Shown here one piece after another: positions 23,537 to 33,026 of a stretch of 64,000 nt of DNA; the stretch's first letter is position 1; every line of letters begins with the position of its first letter. The notes beneath the pieces are model-generated. The model was not told the origin of the DNA, ran no database searches, and saw only the letters and a program-made list of their open reading frames with translations. Made by a program: the position numbers and the translations under genes. Source of the DNA: Archangium sp. (GTDB lineage Bacteria > Myxococcota > Myxococcia > Myxococcales > Myxococcaceae); the NCBI GenBank assembly GCA_031367385.1, contig JANLPS010000208.1, forward strand, positions 2,721-66,720. Direction: 5' to 3'.

Positions 23537-26239
23537 GTGGGGACCGGCTCATCGTCGAGATCATCGCTCACCACGCTGACCGTGCTGGGTCGGTTGCGCG
23601 GCACGCCGCACCTGTGGGTGTTCATTATGCTGTGCCTGGGCCTGGTGGCGACTGCGGCGCTGCAGCTGGGCGCGGTGCGGCGAGAGCTCAAGTCAGGAGA
23701 GATCGGTTTCAACACGCAGCGCCGCCCCGGCATACCGTTGGTGGGGTCGGTTGACGCCCGCTGGCACGAGCTTCAGAACGGCGATCAGCTGTTGGCGATC
23801 AACGGCCAGCCGGTCACGATCGAGACGTTCTTCGAGGTGCGAACGTCGCTGCCGGTGGGCCCTGTGACGGTGAGCCTGTTGCGCGACGGCGTGTCGTTGG
23901 AGCTGCAGGGCGAGAACAAGCCGCTGGGTGTCATCAGTGGCCTGGCGGTGGTGGTGCGGTGGCTGACCGGAGTGCTGCTCTTCGTTTTGGGAGCCGGGGT
24001 CTTCTTGCTTCGGCCCGGCGCGAGGCTGAGCTGGTTGTTCTTTCTGTTTTTGGCCGCGCTCGGCTGCTTGGTGCAGGTGACCCAAGGCTTCCCTGCGTTG
24101 CTGGGGCTGGTCTGGTCGGGGTTGCATTTCTTCTTTCTGATGGCGCCGGTGCTGGCCTTTCACTTCTTCGCCCTCTTTCCCACACAGTGGGGGGCGCACC
24201 GCGCGGCGAAGTGGCTCTACCTCGCGGTGCTGTTGATCTGGGGCGTGACGGTCTTCATCTCGCTCTCGGGCCTCTTCAGCATCGACGCCCAGGTCATGGT
24301 CGGCCTCGCGGTTCGCGTCTGCTCGCTCCTGGCCAGCCTGATGGTGCTTGCGGCGATCATTCATCAATACCGCTACGCCCGGCAGGCCAATGACCCGCGG
24401 TTGTTAAGCGTCACCCGCACCCTGACCATCGCGACCATCGGAGGGCTGTTCGCGCCCCTGGTGGCCAACACGGTGGTGCGCGTCACCGGCACCGAAGGGG
24501 GCATCGCCCACCAGGTCACCGCCATCTCGGTGCTGATCTTCGCGGTCACCACCGCGATGGTGCTGGTGCGGCACAACCCGCTCGAGATCGACCGGTACGC
24601 GGCCTCGGTGGTTGGCTACGTGGTGACGATCGGCGCGCTGGTGGGCGTGTTCGGGTTGGCCTTGTTCGCCGTGCCGCTGGTGGTCGAGCGGCTGGGGTTC
24701 GCCAACAGCTCCGAGACGTTGGTGGCGCTCACCGCGCTGATCTTCGTCTCGGTGGGCCCGGTGTACCGACGACTGCGACGGGCGGTCGACCGGTGGTTCT
24801 TGCGTGAGCAGGCCGACACCTTGCAGACCGCCGAGGTGGTTCGCCGCATCGCCGATTCGGTGCAATCAGACCCGCGCGAGAAGAGCCTGCAGAAGATCGT
24901 CGACGCGGCGTTGATCATCGGGCCCGAGCTGGTCGCGCTGTGGCAGCTCGATGCGACCGGGCGCTTGCTGCAGCGGGTGTATTGGCGGCAGGGGCCTGCC
25001 GCCGTCGAGCCGATCGACCGGAGCGGCGCCATCAAGCGGGTGCTCGGCCGCGCGGGCGGCGTCGAGGGGCTGGCCCCTGGCGAGCTGCCCCAAGACACCC
25101 AACAGGCGATGTGGTCGCTGGGGCTGGCGATGTCGGCGCCGGTGCGGGCCCATGGCGTGCCAATGGGGTTCTTGGCGGTCGGCCGCAGGCTGTCGGGGTT
25201 CGGGTATCGCGATGAAGACCTCTCGTTTCTCGAGACCCTGGCCTCGCAAGCCGGGCTTGCGATGGAGCGCGGCGAGGTGGTCACCCACATCGGGCGCTAC
25301 CGAATCGAGCGGCGGCTGGCACAGGGTGGCATGGCCGAGGTGTTCGTCGCCTGGCAAATGGGGCCCGGCGGGTTCGATCGCAAGGTGGCCCTCAAGCGCC
25401 TGCTGCCCGAGCTCGCCGAAGACCCGCGCTCGGCTGCGGGCCTGCTCGACGAGGCGCGCATCACCTCGCGGCTGCAGCACCCCAACATCGCCCAGGTGTA
25501 CGAAGTGGGGCTCGAGGCCGGTCAGCACTTCATCGCAATGGAGTACGTCGACGGGCCCCCGCTGCGCACGTTGATCGCCAACCAGCGCCGCACCAACCGG
25601 CCCACCCCGCTGCCGGTGGCGTTGAACATCGCCCGGGGGTTGCTGGCCGCGCTCGACCACGCGCACCAGCTGCGCGACGAGAGTGGTCAGCACCAACGGG
25701 TGGTGCACCGCGACGTGACGCCGGCCAACGTGCTCGTCTCGTCACGCGGAGAAACCAAGCTGGTCGACTTCGGGCTGGTGATGGCGAGCACCCGGCTGTT
25801 CAAGACGCAGACCGGCATCGCGCGCGGCACGCTCCCGTACATGAGCCCCGAGCAGGCCGTGCATGACGACTTGCTCGACCTGCGCTCTGACGTGTACAGC
25901 GCGGCGTGCACCCTCTTCGAGCTCTTCGCCGGAGAGCGCGCGTTTCCCGAAGGGCCGGCGGGGGTGCGGCCGGCGCCGATTGCGATGGCGAACCGGCTGT
26001 TGCCCGAGGGTCTGAGCACGGTCTTCTTCAAGGCCTTCGAGCTGCAGATGAGCCAGCGCTACCCGAGCGCGGGGGCCTTCTGGGAGGCGATGCGCGCCGA
26101 GACGCTCCGGGCGCCGATCGCCGGCAACGCCGAGGTCGCCTCGTGGATGGCGCAGTACCGCGAAGTGCCCGAGGCCAAGTCGTTCGACGCAGAGGTCACC
26201 GCGTCAGCCTCATTGGCCTACCCCGCGGGGCCACCCTAA
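23537..26239 (+). CDS. PDZ / polytopic membrane / GAF / Ser-Thr protein kinase (intact paralog)
   Basis: GTG start. PDZ-like GDQLLAINGQPVTIETFFEVRTSLPVGPVTVSLLRDGV. About 8 hydrophobic helices. GAF-like region ending GFGYRDEDLSFLETLASQAGLAMERGE. Kinase motifs: G-loop LAQGGMAEVF, VALKRL, HRDVTPANVLV, DFGLV, PYMSPEQ. Confidence 0.9.
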   Translation: MGTGSSSRSSLTTLTVLGRLRGTPHLWVFIMLCLGLVATAALQLGAVRRELKSGEIGFNTQRRPGIPLVGSVDARWHELQNGDQLLAINGQPVTIETFFEVRTSLPVGPVTVSLLRDGVSLELQGENKPLGVISGLAVVVRWLTGVLLFVLGAGVFLLRPGARLSWLFFLFLAALGCLVQVTQGFPALLGLVWSGLHFFFLMAPVLAFHFFALFPTQWGAHRAAKWLYLAVLLIWGVTVFISLSGLFSIDAQVMVGLAVRVCSLLASLMVLAAIIHQYRYARQANDPRLLSVTRTLTIATIGGLFAPLVANTVVRVTGTEGGIAHQVTAISVLIFAVTTAMVLVRHNPLEIDRYAASVVGYVVTIGALVGVFGLALFAVPLVVERLGFANSSETLVALTALIFVSVGPVYRRLRRAVDRWFLREQADTLQTAEVVRRIADSVQSDPREKSLQKIVDAALIIGPELVALWQLDATGRLLQRVYWRQGPAAVEPIDRSGAIKRVLGRAGGVEGLAPGELPQDTQQAMWSLGLAMSAPVRAHGVPMGFLAVGRRLSGFGYRDEDLSFLETLASQAGLAMERGEVVTHIGRYRIERRLAQGGMAEVFVAWQMGPGGFDRKVALKRLLPELAEDPRSAAGLLDEARITSRLQHPNIAQVYEVGLEAGQHFIAMEYVDGPPLRTLIANQRRTNRPTPLPVALNIARGLLAALDHAHQLRDESGQHQRVVHRDVTPANVLVSSRGETKLVDFGLVMASTRLFKTQTGIARGTLPYMSPEQAVHDDLLDLRSDVYSAACTLFELFAGERAFPEGPAGVRPAPIAMANRLLPEGLSTVFFKAFELQMSQRYPSAGAFWEAMRAETLRAPIAGNAEVASWMAQYREVPEAKSFDAEVTASASLAYPAGPP

Positions 26240-26673
26240 ATCGTCGCCGGGCCACGGCGGGGCGGGGCATCGACCAGCGCCTTGAACTCGGCGGAGTCGA
26301 CCCGCATCAGCATCACCGTCAGCGTGGTGGTCGCGTCGAGGCGAACCGCTCGTTCTTCACCATGCAGCAGGCTCACCCGGCCACCGACCCGCTTGCCCGA
26401 GGGCAGCTCGAGGTCGAGCAGCACCCGATAGCCACTGCCAGCTTCTTCGGGTGTGAGCACCAGCCGGTATGCTGGCGCGGTCTGCCCGGGGAGCCGCCGC
26501 TCGGCGGTAATCGAGTGGCCTTCGAAGCCGAGCACCTTGGGTGCAGCCACCGTGCGCCCGTTTTCAGAAACCTCGACCGCGAGGTAGAGCGCCTCGGTCG
26601 GGCGGGTCGCCTGGCGCTCCGAAGCGCACGCCCCCGCCAACACCGCCACCACCACCAGAATGAAACGCTTCAT
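26236..26673 (-). CDS. Hypothetical lipoprotein
   Basis: MKRFILVVVAVLAGAC lipobox. Beta-rich, GC3-rich ORF. Its stop overlaps the kinase stop. Confidence 0.65.
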   Translation of the reverse strand: MKRFILVVVAVLAGACASERQATRPTEALYLAVEVSENGRTVAAPKVLGFEGHSITAERRLPGQTAPAYRLVLTPEEAGSGYRVLLDLELPSGKRVGGRVSLLHGEERAVRLDATTTLTVMLMRVDSAEFKALVDAPPRRGPATI

Positions 26674-26813
26674 GGGAATTCTCTCTCAGCAACATTGGTT
26701 CCGCCCGGTCGTCGAGCGATTTCAATTGCTTGGCGGCCTTTTCGAGCGGCTCGAGTTGACAGCGGCGACGCGGGTGCCGCACCCGAAAAGACAATGTGGC
26801 AGGAAGTGCCCTC

Positions 26814-28001
26814 ATGGCTCTGACCTTCGCCGAAGCGCGCGCGCTGCACCCGGCGCTGAAGAAATGGGTGTGGCTGAACGCGGCGGCCTCTTCTCCGGGC
26901 TCTTTGACGGCGGTCGAGGCGATGAAGGCGCACCTGCAAGAGACCCTCGACTCGGGCGATATGGCCTACCCGGCCTGGGCGCGCTTCAAAGAGACGCTGC
27001 GGGCGCGGGTGGCTCGGTACATCGGGGCACGCAGGGCACACGACGTGGCTTTTACGCCCTCGACCTCGTTCGGGTTTCACGTGATGGGGCATGCCTTGAA
27101 GGCGCGGGGCCTGACTGAAGTCGCGGTGCTCGAGTCAGAATTTCCCAGCACGGTGGTGCCGCTGCTCAACGCGGGCCTCACCTTGCGGGGCGTGCGCCGG
27201 GGGGCCGATGGGTCGTCTGGGGTCGAGGCCTACGAGGCGGCGCTGCGACCGAGCACCAAGGCGCTCGCGGTGTCGGTGGTGCAATACGACAGCGGGTACC
27301 GGGTCGATCTCGAGGGCATCTCAAGGCTGTGTCGAGACCGCGGGTTGGCGCTGTTGATCAACGCGGCCCAGGGGTTGGGGCACGTCGCGGTCGACGTCGA
27401 GGCGCTGGGTGCTGCGTTCTTGGCGGGCACCAGCCACAAGTGGTTGGCGGCCGGGTATGGGCAAGGGGTGCTCTATGCGCAGGCCGGGTGGCTCGACGGG
27501 CCGCTCCCGCTGGCAGGGTGGCTGTCGGTCGACCCGACTGACCTGTGGCGCTCAGTGCCTTCGCTGGAGCGGGTTGACGACGCGCACGGCTTCGTCGCGA
27601 GCGGCGCGAAGACCCGACACGAAGCGTCAGCGGTCGAGGCGGGGGGTGGCGCGTGGGCCGGCCTGTATGGCCTCGACGCGGCGCTCGAGCTTCACGAAGC
27701 GCTGGGGGCCAACCAGATTCTGCAACACAACCTGCGACTCCAGCGCGTGCTCAGAGAGGGCCTGCGCGCCCGGGGCTTCGTGCCGAACGCGCCCGATGCA
27801 CCCGAGGTCGGTTCGGGCATCTGCGTGGTGCCGGTGCAAGGAGACCCCAACGAGGTCGTGCGAACCCTGCTGCGCGACGCTCAGATCATGACCACGGCGC
27901 GGGGTGGCGGCTTGCGAATCTCGACCCACTACTTCAACACCGAAGACGACGTGCTCGCGTTGATCAGCGCCGTCGACCGGCTCGGCATTCGACCTCGCTG
28001 A
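26814..28001 (+). CDS. Class V aminotransferase-fold PLP enzyme (cysteine desulfurase / epimerase-like)
   Basis: N-terminus WLNAAASSPG, followed by VSVVQYDSGYRVD and the PLP-Lys motif GTSHKWL. Start is ATG 26814 or GTG 26796. Confidence 0.85.
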   Translation: MALTFAEARALHPALKKWVWLNAAASSPGSLTAVEAMKAHLQETLDSGDMAYPAWARFKETLRARVARYIGARRAHDVAFTPSTSFGFHVMGHALKARGLTEVAVLESEFPSTVVPLLNAGLTLRGVRRGADGSSGVEAYEAALRPSTKALAVSVVQYDSGYRVDLEGISRLCRDRGLALLINAAQGLGHVAVDVEALGAAFLAGTSHKWLAAGYGQGVLYAQAGWLDGPLPLAGWLSVDPTDLWRSVPSLERVDDAHGFVASGAKTRHEASAVEAGGGAWAGLYGLDAALELHEALGANQILQHNLRLQRVLREGLRARGFVPNAPDAPEVGSGICVVPVQGDPNEVVRTLLRDAQIMTTARGGGLRISTHYFNTEDDVLALISAVDRLGIRPR

Positions 28002-28055
28002 AGCGCCAACGGCGGGTTTCTTGCGCCGGCGAGAACCTGTGCGACGCTCTCGCAC

Positions 28056-28367
28056 ATGCCCAACAACTCAGATCGCCGCGAATCACCCCGTTGCCTGACC
28101 TCGATGCAAGTCTTGCCTGAAGCCTTCGCCATCGCCGGTGACCTCTCGGTGGGCGGCGCCTCGTTCTCGATGTGGATGCCTCCTGCCGACGACTTGGTCT
28201 GCCTGCGGGTCGAGCTCTTCGGCACGGTGCACCGCCTGCCCGCGCGGGTCGTGCGCGTCGAGAAGGCGCCCCACTCGAGCCGGGTGCACGTGGCCTTCGA
28301 TGAGCTGCCGGTCGAGACCCAGCTGACGCTGGCGCGTTGGGTTCAGCACCACACCACGTTCAACTGA
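28056..28367 (+). CDS. PilZ-domain protein (putative c-di-GMP receptor)
   Basis: RRxxxR-type motif DRRESPR and D/NxSxxG motif GDLSVGG. 103 aa. Confidence 0.8.
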   Translation: MPNNSDRRESPRCLTSMQVLPEAFAIAGDLSVGGASFSMWMPPADDLVCLRVELFGTVHRLPARVVRVEKAPHSSRVHVAFDELPVETQLTLARWVQHHTTFN

Positions 28368-28374
28368 AACGAAA

Positions 28375-28917
28375 ATGGCCGAACAGCTCGAATTCGCGCA
28401 CGTCTTCGAGGGCCTCTTCATGAGGGGGTTGAAAGACCACCTCGATGACCGACTCAAGGCGAGGCTCAAAGAAAAAGGGCTCGACCTCTCGAAGCCGCTC
28501 GACCCGGCGTACCCATCGCACGTGCTCAGCGACTGCATCATCGTGGCAGCGCAGACCGTCTACCCAAGCCTGCCCCTTGACCAGGCGCTCAACGCCGTCG
28601 GTCACGCCTTCTTTCGAGGGTACACCGGCACGATGTTGGGTCAGGCGATGTTGCAGCTGCTGCGCCTGCTCGGCCCCCGCCGCACGCTCGAGCGAATGCA
28701 GCGCAACTTTCGCACCGGCAACAATTACATGGAGACCCGGTTCAAGGCGCTCGGGCCGCAGAACGTCGAGCTCTGGTTCAATGAGACCAGGGGCATACCG
28801 GCATACTTTCAGGGCATTCTCGAGCAGGGTGGCAACGACATCGGCGCGAAGAACATGCAGGTCAGTTACCGCGATGACCCCGCCGGGGGCACCTGGTTCG
28901 CGGTGACCTGGGCCTAA
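28375..28917 (+). CDS. DUF2378 / TIGR02265 (Myxococcus paralogous family) protein
   Basis: About 180 aa. Recalled family pattern: FEGLF...GLDLSKPLDPAYP...LGPRRTLERMQRNFRTGNNYMETR. The assignment is from memory of the family, not from a search. Confidence 0.6.
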   Translation: MAEQLEFAHVFEGLFMRGLKDHLDDRLKARLKEKGLDLSKPLDPAYPSHVLSDCIIVAAQTVYPSLPLDQALNAVGHAFFRGYTGTMLGQAMLQLLRLLGPRRTLERMQRNFRTGNNYMETRFKALGPQNVELWFNETRGIPAYFQGILEQGGNDIGAKNMQVSYRDDPAGGTWFAVTWA

Positions 28918-28923
28918 GTGACG

Positions 28924-29547
28924 CTACTCGAGCAGCGGCGCGTCTTGCGGGTCGAGCTCAGCCGAGAAGCGCACCACCAACGGCGTGACGCTCGAGACCA
29001 CCACCCACTTGCTCGACGGCGTCGCCTTCATCGCGACCTCTGAGTCTGACAAGCGCCGAACCTGCGGCCACTCCGGCGGTGACTCGCGCGGCGCGACGAC
29101 CTCGACCAACATCGGCAGCGCCAGCGACGGCAGCGGCGTCTGGGTCGCGCGAAAATCGTTCTGAGGGGAGGCCGGCCGGGCCCGCGTCTGGCTGTGCCGC
29201 ATCTCGAGCTTGATGATGTCGCAGGTCAGCTCGACGTCGGCTGGCCGCAGCTCGAGCGCCTGCTTCACCGCCGCGATGGCTCGCAAGAAGTGCCCATCGG
29301 TCGCCAGAATCGTGGCGGCCATGCGGTACGACTCGACCGCGTCACCGTGATGACCCAATTGCCGCAAGGTCTCGCCGTGCTTGAGCCACAGCTGCGAGTC
29401 GCGGGGCACCAGCGTGAGGGCCTGCCGGTACAAGACCTCGGCTCGGTCGAAGCGGCCCTTGGCGATTGAGGTGCTGGCTTGGGCTTTGAGCTCTCTGGCG
29501 TTCATGGGTGCGGGCCCTCTCATGTTCCTCTCGGCGCCAGAGTGCAA
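28924..29547 (-). CDS. TPR-repeat protein
   Basis: TPR-like helices: AKGRFDRAEVLYRQALTLVPRDSQLWLKHGETLRQLGHHGDAVESYRMAA...FLRAIAAVKQALELRP. The start is uncertain because there are several Met codons near the N-terminus. Confidence 0.7.
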   Translation of the reverse strand: MHSGAERNMRGPAPMNARELKAQASTSIAKGRFDRAEVLYRQALTLVPRDSQLWLKHGETLRQLGHHGDAVESYRMAATILATDGHFLRAIAAVKQALELRPADVELTCDIIKLEMRHSQTRARPASPQNDFRATQTPLPSLALPMLVEVVAPRESPPEWPQVRRLSDSEVAMKATPSSKWVVVSSVTPLVVRFSAELDPQDAPLLE

Positions 29548-29589
29548 CTGGGCCTCAATTCAGTAGCGGTTTTGCTGCCTTGGCGCGCT

Positions 29590-30504
29590 ATGAGCCCGGC
29601 CGACGTCATGAAGCCCACGAGCGCCGCGGGAGTTGGTCTGGCGGGAGGCATCGCCGCCTACCTGAGCTGGGGGTTGCTGCCCTTGTACTGGCGGCCGCTC
29701 CATGCCGTGCCGCCGCTCGAGATCTTGTCGCATCGCATCGCCTGGTCGCTGGTGTTTCTGGCCGCCCTGCTCACCGTGCGAGGGCAGTGGGCCTGGCTGC
29801 CGGCGGCGATGCGACGGCCGCGGGTGGTGGGGCTCTTCGCGCTCTCAGCCACCCTGCTCTCAGTGAACTGGTTTCTCTACATCTGGGCGGTGAACACCGG
29901 CCACGTGGTCGAGGCCAGCCTGGGCTACTTCATCAACCCGCTGGTGAACGTGGTGCTGGGCCGGCTGGTGCTCAAGGAGCGGCTGCGCCCGGTGCAACAG
30001 CTCGCCGTCGGGCTGGCGGCGCTGGGCGTGGCGTGGCTGACGTGGTCGCTCGGGGCGCCTCCGTGGCTCGCGCTGACCTTGGCGGTGAGCTTCGGGCTGT
30101 ACGGGCTGCTGCGAAAAGTGGCTCCGCTGGGCTCACTCGAGGGGTTGACCCTGGAGACGCTGTTCATGGGCGTGCCGGCCATCGGGTACCTGGGGTGGCT
30201 CGAGCTGCAGCACCAGGGGCACTACGCGCACGAGACCTGGCTCGTCACCTCGATGCTCACCGCCGCCGGCGTGGTCACCGCGGTGCCGCTGCTGCTCTTC
30301 GCCGAGGCCGCGCGCCGGCTGCCACTGTCGGTGATGGGCGTGCTGCAGTTCATCTCGCCGACGATGCAATTCATTCTGGGCGTCGCGGTGTTTCGCGAGC
30401 CCTTCGAGGTCACCAAGCTGGTGGGCTTCGGCTTCATCTGGGCCGCGCTGATCACCTTCAGCGCCCAGAGCGTGTGGGCGGCCTCACGGCCCCGTGTTGC
30501 GTAA
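29590..30504 (+). CDS. rarD: EamA/DMT family transporter, RarD-type
   Basis: ATG at 29590. Motif GGIAAYLSWGLLPLYWRPLHAVPPLEILSHRIAWS and ten hydrophobic helices. Confidence 0.85.
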   Translation: MSPADVMKPTSAAGVGLAGGIAAYLSWGLLPLYWRPLHAVPPLEILSHRIAWSLVFLAALLTVRGQWAWLPAAMRRPRVVGLFALSATLLSVNWFLYIWAVNTGHVVEASLGYFINPLVNVVLGRLVLKERLRPVQQLAVGLAALGVAWLTWSLGAPPWLALTLAVSFGLYGLLRKVAPLGSLEGLTLETLFMGVPAIGYLGWLELQHQGHYAHETWLVTSMLTAAGVVTAVPLLLFAEAARRLPLSVMGVLQFISPTMQFILGVAVFREPFEVTKLVGFGFIWAALITFSAQSVWAASRPRVA

Positions 30505-30912
30505 GAACTCGGCGACCTCGGCGAAGCGTTGATTCAAGAAAGCGCGCACCGGGCCTTCGATGCCACGGGCATTCATCGCCAGCTGCATGCATCGAAGCCA
30601 CGCGTCACGCATCGCTTCGGTGATGGCGACCTTCATGTGCCGCATTCGCAGCCGGGGGTGACCGCGGGTCTGCAGATAGTCTTGCGGGCCGCCCAACCAG
30701 AACACCAAGAACGAGCCGAAGTGGTCTCTCGAGGCCCGCGAGATTTTGCCGCTCTCGTCGAGCTGGTGTACCGCGGTGAGCGCTGGCTCGTGTTGCTCCA
30801 TCGCGTCGTAAAACGCCTCGACCAGGGCCACGACCCCTGCAGGGCCCCCGAGCCGAAGGTACGGAGGGTCATCGGCAGTCGGAGAATACGACCCTGGAGC
30901 ACCCAACTGCAC
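30484..30912 (-). CDS. glbO: Group II truncated hemoglobin (GlbO-like)
   Basis: Motifs LRLGGPAGVVALVEAFYDAM and WLGGPQDYLQTRGHPRLRMRHMKVAITEAMRDAWLRCM. Start taken as GTG 30912, just after the M3 peptidase stop; the rest of ORF 30484-31482 overlaps that gene. Confidence 0.8.
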   Translation of the reverse strand: MQLGAPGSYSPTADDPPYLRLGGPAGVVALVEAFYDAMEQHEPALTAVHQLDESGKISRASRDHFGSFLVFWLGGPQDYLQTRGHPRLRMRHMKVAITEAMRDAWLRCMQLAMNARGIEGPVRAFLNQRFAEVAEFLRNTGP

Positions 30913-30917
30913 CAGCG

Positions 30918-32936
30918 TCAAGGCGTCGGGGCCTGGTGGGGCGTGTTGAGCCACTTCTCGAACGCGTCGAAGCTCGAAGGCCGGCCCAGAAAGTCGGTGA
31001 CCGAGACCTGCGCGGGCCGTGCGCCGCCTGGCTCGAGAATCTTCGTGCGGTATTCTCTGGCGACCTTGGGGTCGAGCATCGAGGTCGCGTGAAAACGGGT
31101 CAGCAGGTCTTTCGCGATGACCGTGCTCCACAGGTACGTGTAATAGGTAGACGCGTAGCTCGAGAGGTGCCCGAAAGAGAGCTCGAAGTGGGTCCCTTCG
31201 ACCCACTCCTTGATCGGCTCGAAGCGATCTTGAAGCTCGTGCAGCACCGCGGTGGTGTCGAAGCCAGGCGCCCGGCGGTGGTACTCGAGGCTGATCGCCG
31301 CCAAGAAGAACTGACGGCGCTGGTAGACACCGATGCCGAACTCCTTGGCTGCGACGAGCTGGCTGATCAATGCAGGCGGCATCGGCTCGTTGGTCTTGAA
31401 GTGCTTGGCGAAGCGCTGGAGCGTCGGCCCATCGAGCGCGAACTCCTGCAGCAGCATCGAAGGGGCTTCGACGAAGTCCCACTCCATCTTCAGGCCGGCA
31501 GACGAGGCCCAGTGGTGCCGCGCCGAGAAGATGTTGTGCATCATGTGACCGAACTCATGAAAAAAAGTCTCGACGTCGCGGTGCTCGAGAAAGCCACCTG
31601 CTTCAGCGAAGTTGCAGACCAGCGAGGCTTCGGGCAGCGCGTCACGACCGCCGGCGGTCATCGCGAAGTGGGCCGCGTGCTTGAACTTGCCTTCGCGAGG
31701 GTGCATGTCGAGGTGAATGCGCCCGAGCAACCGTTCGCCGTCGTACACGTCGAAGGTCTCGACCGAGGCGTGCCAGACCTTGGCGTCGTCGATGCGCTGA
31801 AACCGCACGCCGAACAGGTCGCTCGCGATGCCGATGACGCCGTCGCGAACGTGCCCGTACTCGAAGTATTCGCGAAGTTTCTGTGAGTCGAGGCTGTACT
31901 GCTCGGTCTGAACGCGATCGATGTAGTACCCCATGTCCCACGGGTCGATGCGGGTGGCGGCGGGGGTGTCTTTGCGTTTGCGAGCGAGCAGCGTGGCGAC
32001 GTCGGCGTTCGCTCGCTTTTCGGTGGCCAGGCGGCCCTTCTCGATGAACTCGGCGGCGGCCTCGGCCGTCTTCACCATGCGAACTTGGGTGTTGTACGCC
32101 GCATACGAGGTGTAGCCGAGCAGCGTGGCCAGCTCATGGCGTTTGGCGAGCAGGGCTTTGAGCACCTCGACGTTGGCCGGGTACCCGCGGGTGCGACTGA
32201 GCTTCCACAGCGCTTCGCGCACTGCGGCGCTCTTGGCGTAGGTGAGCACCGGAGCGTAGTCAGGGGTGTCGGTGGTCACCGAGACCTTGCCGTCGACCGG
32301 GGGGTGAGCCTTGAGCCAATCGGCCGGTACGCCGTCGAGCTCTGCGGGCGCGAGCTTGAGGGTTCGAACGTCTTCTCGAATGTTGCGGTCGAACGCCTGA
32401 GTGATTTTCACCAGCGCTTCGTTGAGCGCGGCCACCTTCGCGCGAGTGGCTTGATCTCGGTCGACGCCACTGCGCCGAAAGTTGAGCAGCGTCTTGCCAA
32501 GCCAGTAACTCGCCTCGGCATCGAGTGAGGCGGCGTCGATGGCATTGAGCGGGTCATAGAGCGTTCGGTCTTGCGAGAGCTCAACCTCGAGCGTCGAGAC
32601 GCGTTGCTCGCAGGCCTCGGCGACCTCGCGAAACTTCACATCGGGGTTCACCTCTTCAGCCAGGCCCGCGCGCAGGCCCGCGTTTTCGAGCCGCTGCAGG
32701 GCCTCGTCGAAGTGCTCGAGCACTGCCGCGCTCGAGCTGGCAGTGCGCACCTGACCCAGCATGGCTTTGACAGCTGCGAGCTCTGCGTCGCACGTGGCGG
32801 CGAAGGCCGCGGGCGTGCCCGAGAGCAGCTCGGCTGCGTGGGGGGCGGGCTCGGCGGTTGGTTTGCGCTCGGCGTTGACTGAAGCGCAGGAGGCGGAGAC
32901 GACCAGCATCACGATCACCAGAGAACGAGAATTCAC
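30918..32936 (-). CDS. Secreted M3 family metallopeptidase (oligopeptidase / Dcp-like)
   Basis: Signal peptide. Zinc motif FHEFGHMMH (HExxH) with a downstream Glu region. 672 aa. Confidence 0.9.
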   Translation of the reverse strand: MNSRSLVIVMLVVSASCASVNAERKPTAEPAPHAAELLSGTPAAFAATCDAELAAVKAMLGQVRTASSSAAVLEHFDEALQRLENAGLRAGLAEEVNPDVKFREVAEACEQRVSTLEVELSQDRTLYDPLNAIDAASLDAEASYWLGKTLLNFRRSGVDRDQATRAKVAALNEALVKITQAFDRNIREDVRTLKLAPAELDGVPADWLKAHPPVDGKVSVTTDTPDYAPVLTYAKSAAVREALWKLSRTRGYPANVEVLKALLAKRHELATLLGYTSYAAYNTQVRMVKTAEAAAEFIEKGRLATEKRANADVATLLARKRKDTPAATRIDPWDMGYYIDRVQTEQYSLDSQKLREYFEYGHVRDGVIGIASDLFGVRFQRIDDAKVWHASVETFDVYDGERLLGRIHLDMHPREGKFKHAAHFAMTAGGRDALPEASLVCNFAEAGGFLEHRDVETFFHEFGHMMHNIFSARHHWASSAGLKMEWDFVEAPSMLLQEFALDGPTLQRFAKHFKTNEPMPPALISQLVAAKEFGIGVYQRRQFFLAAISLEYHRRAPGFDTTAVLHELQDRFEPIKEWVEGTHFELSFGHLSSYASTYYTYLWSTVIAKDLLTRFHATSMLDPKVAREYRTKILEPGGARPAQVSVTDFLGRPSSFDAFEKWLNTPHQAPTP

Positions 32937-33026
32937 CGACGCTTTCTACAAGCGGTCGCTCCACTTTGTAAGGGCCTGCTGGCCGTCGGCCCGGTCGGGA
33001 GTCGGGGCGCGCGCCAGCGCCTTGCC

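Noticed and set aside
30913-31482. Upstream extension of the globin ORF (332 aa total)
   Set aside because: It overlaps the 3' end of the M3 peptidase gene in another frame. Globin similarity starts only after the peptidase stop.
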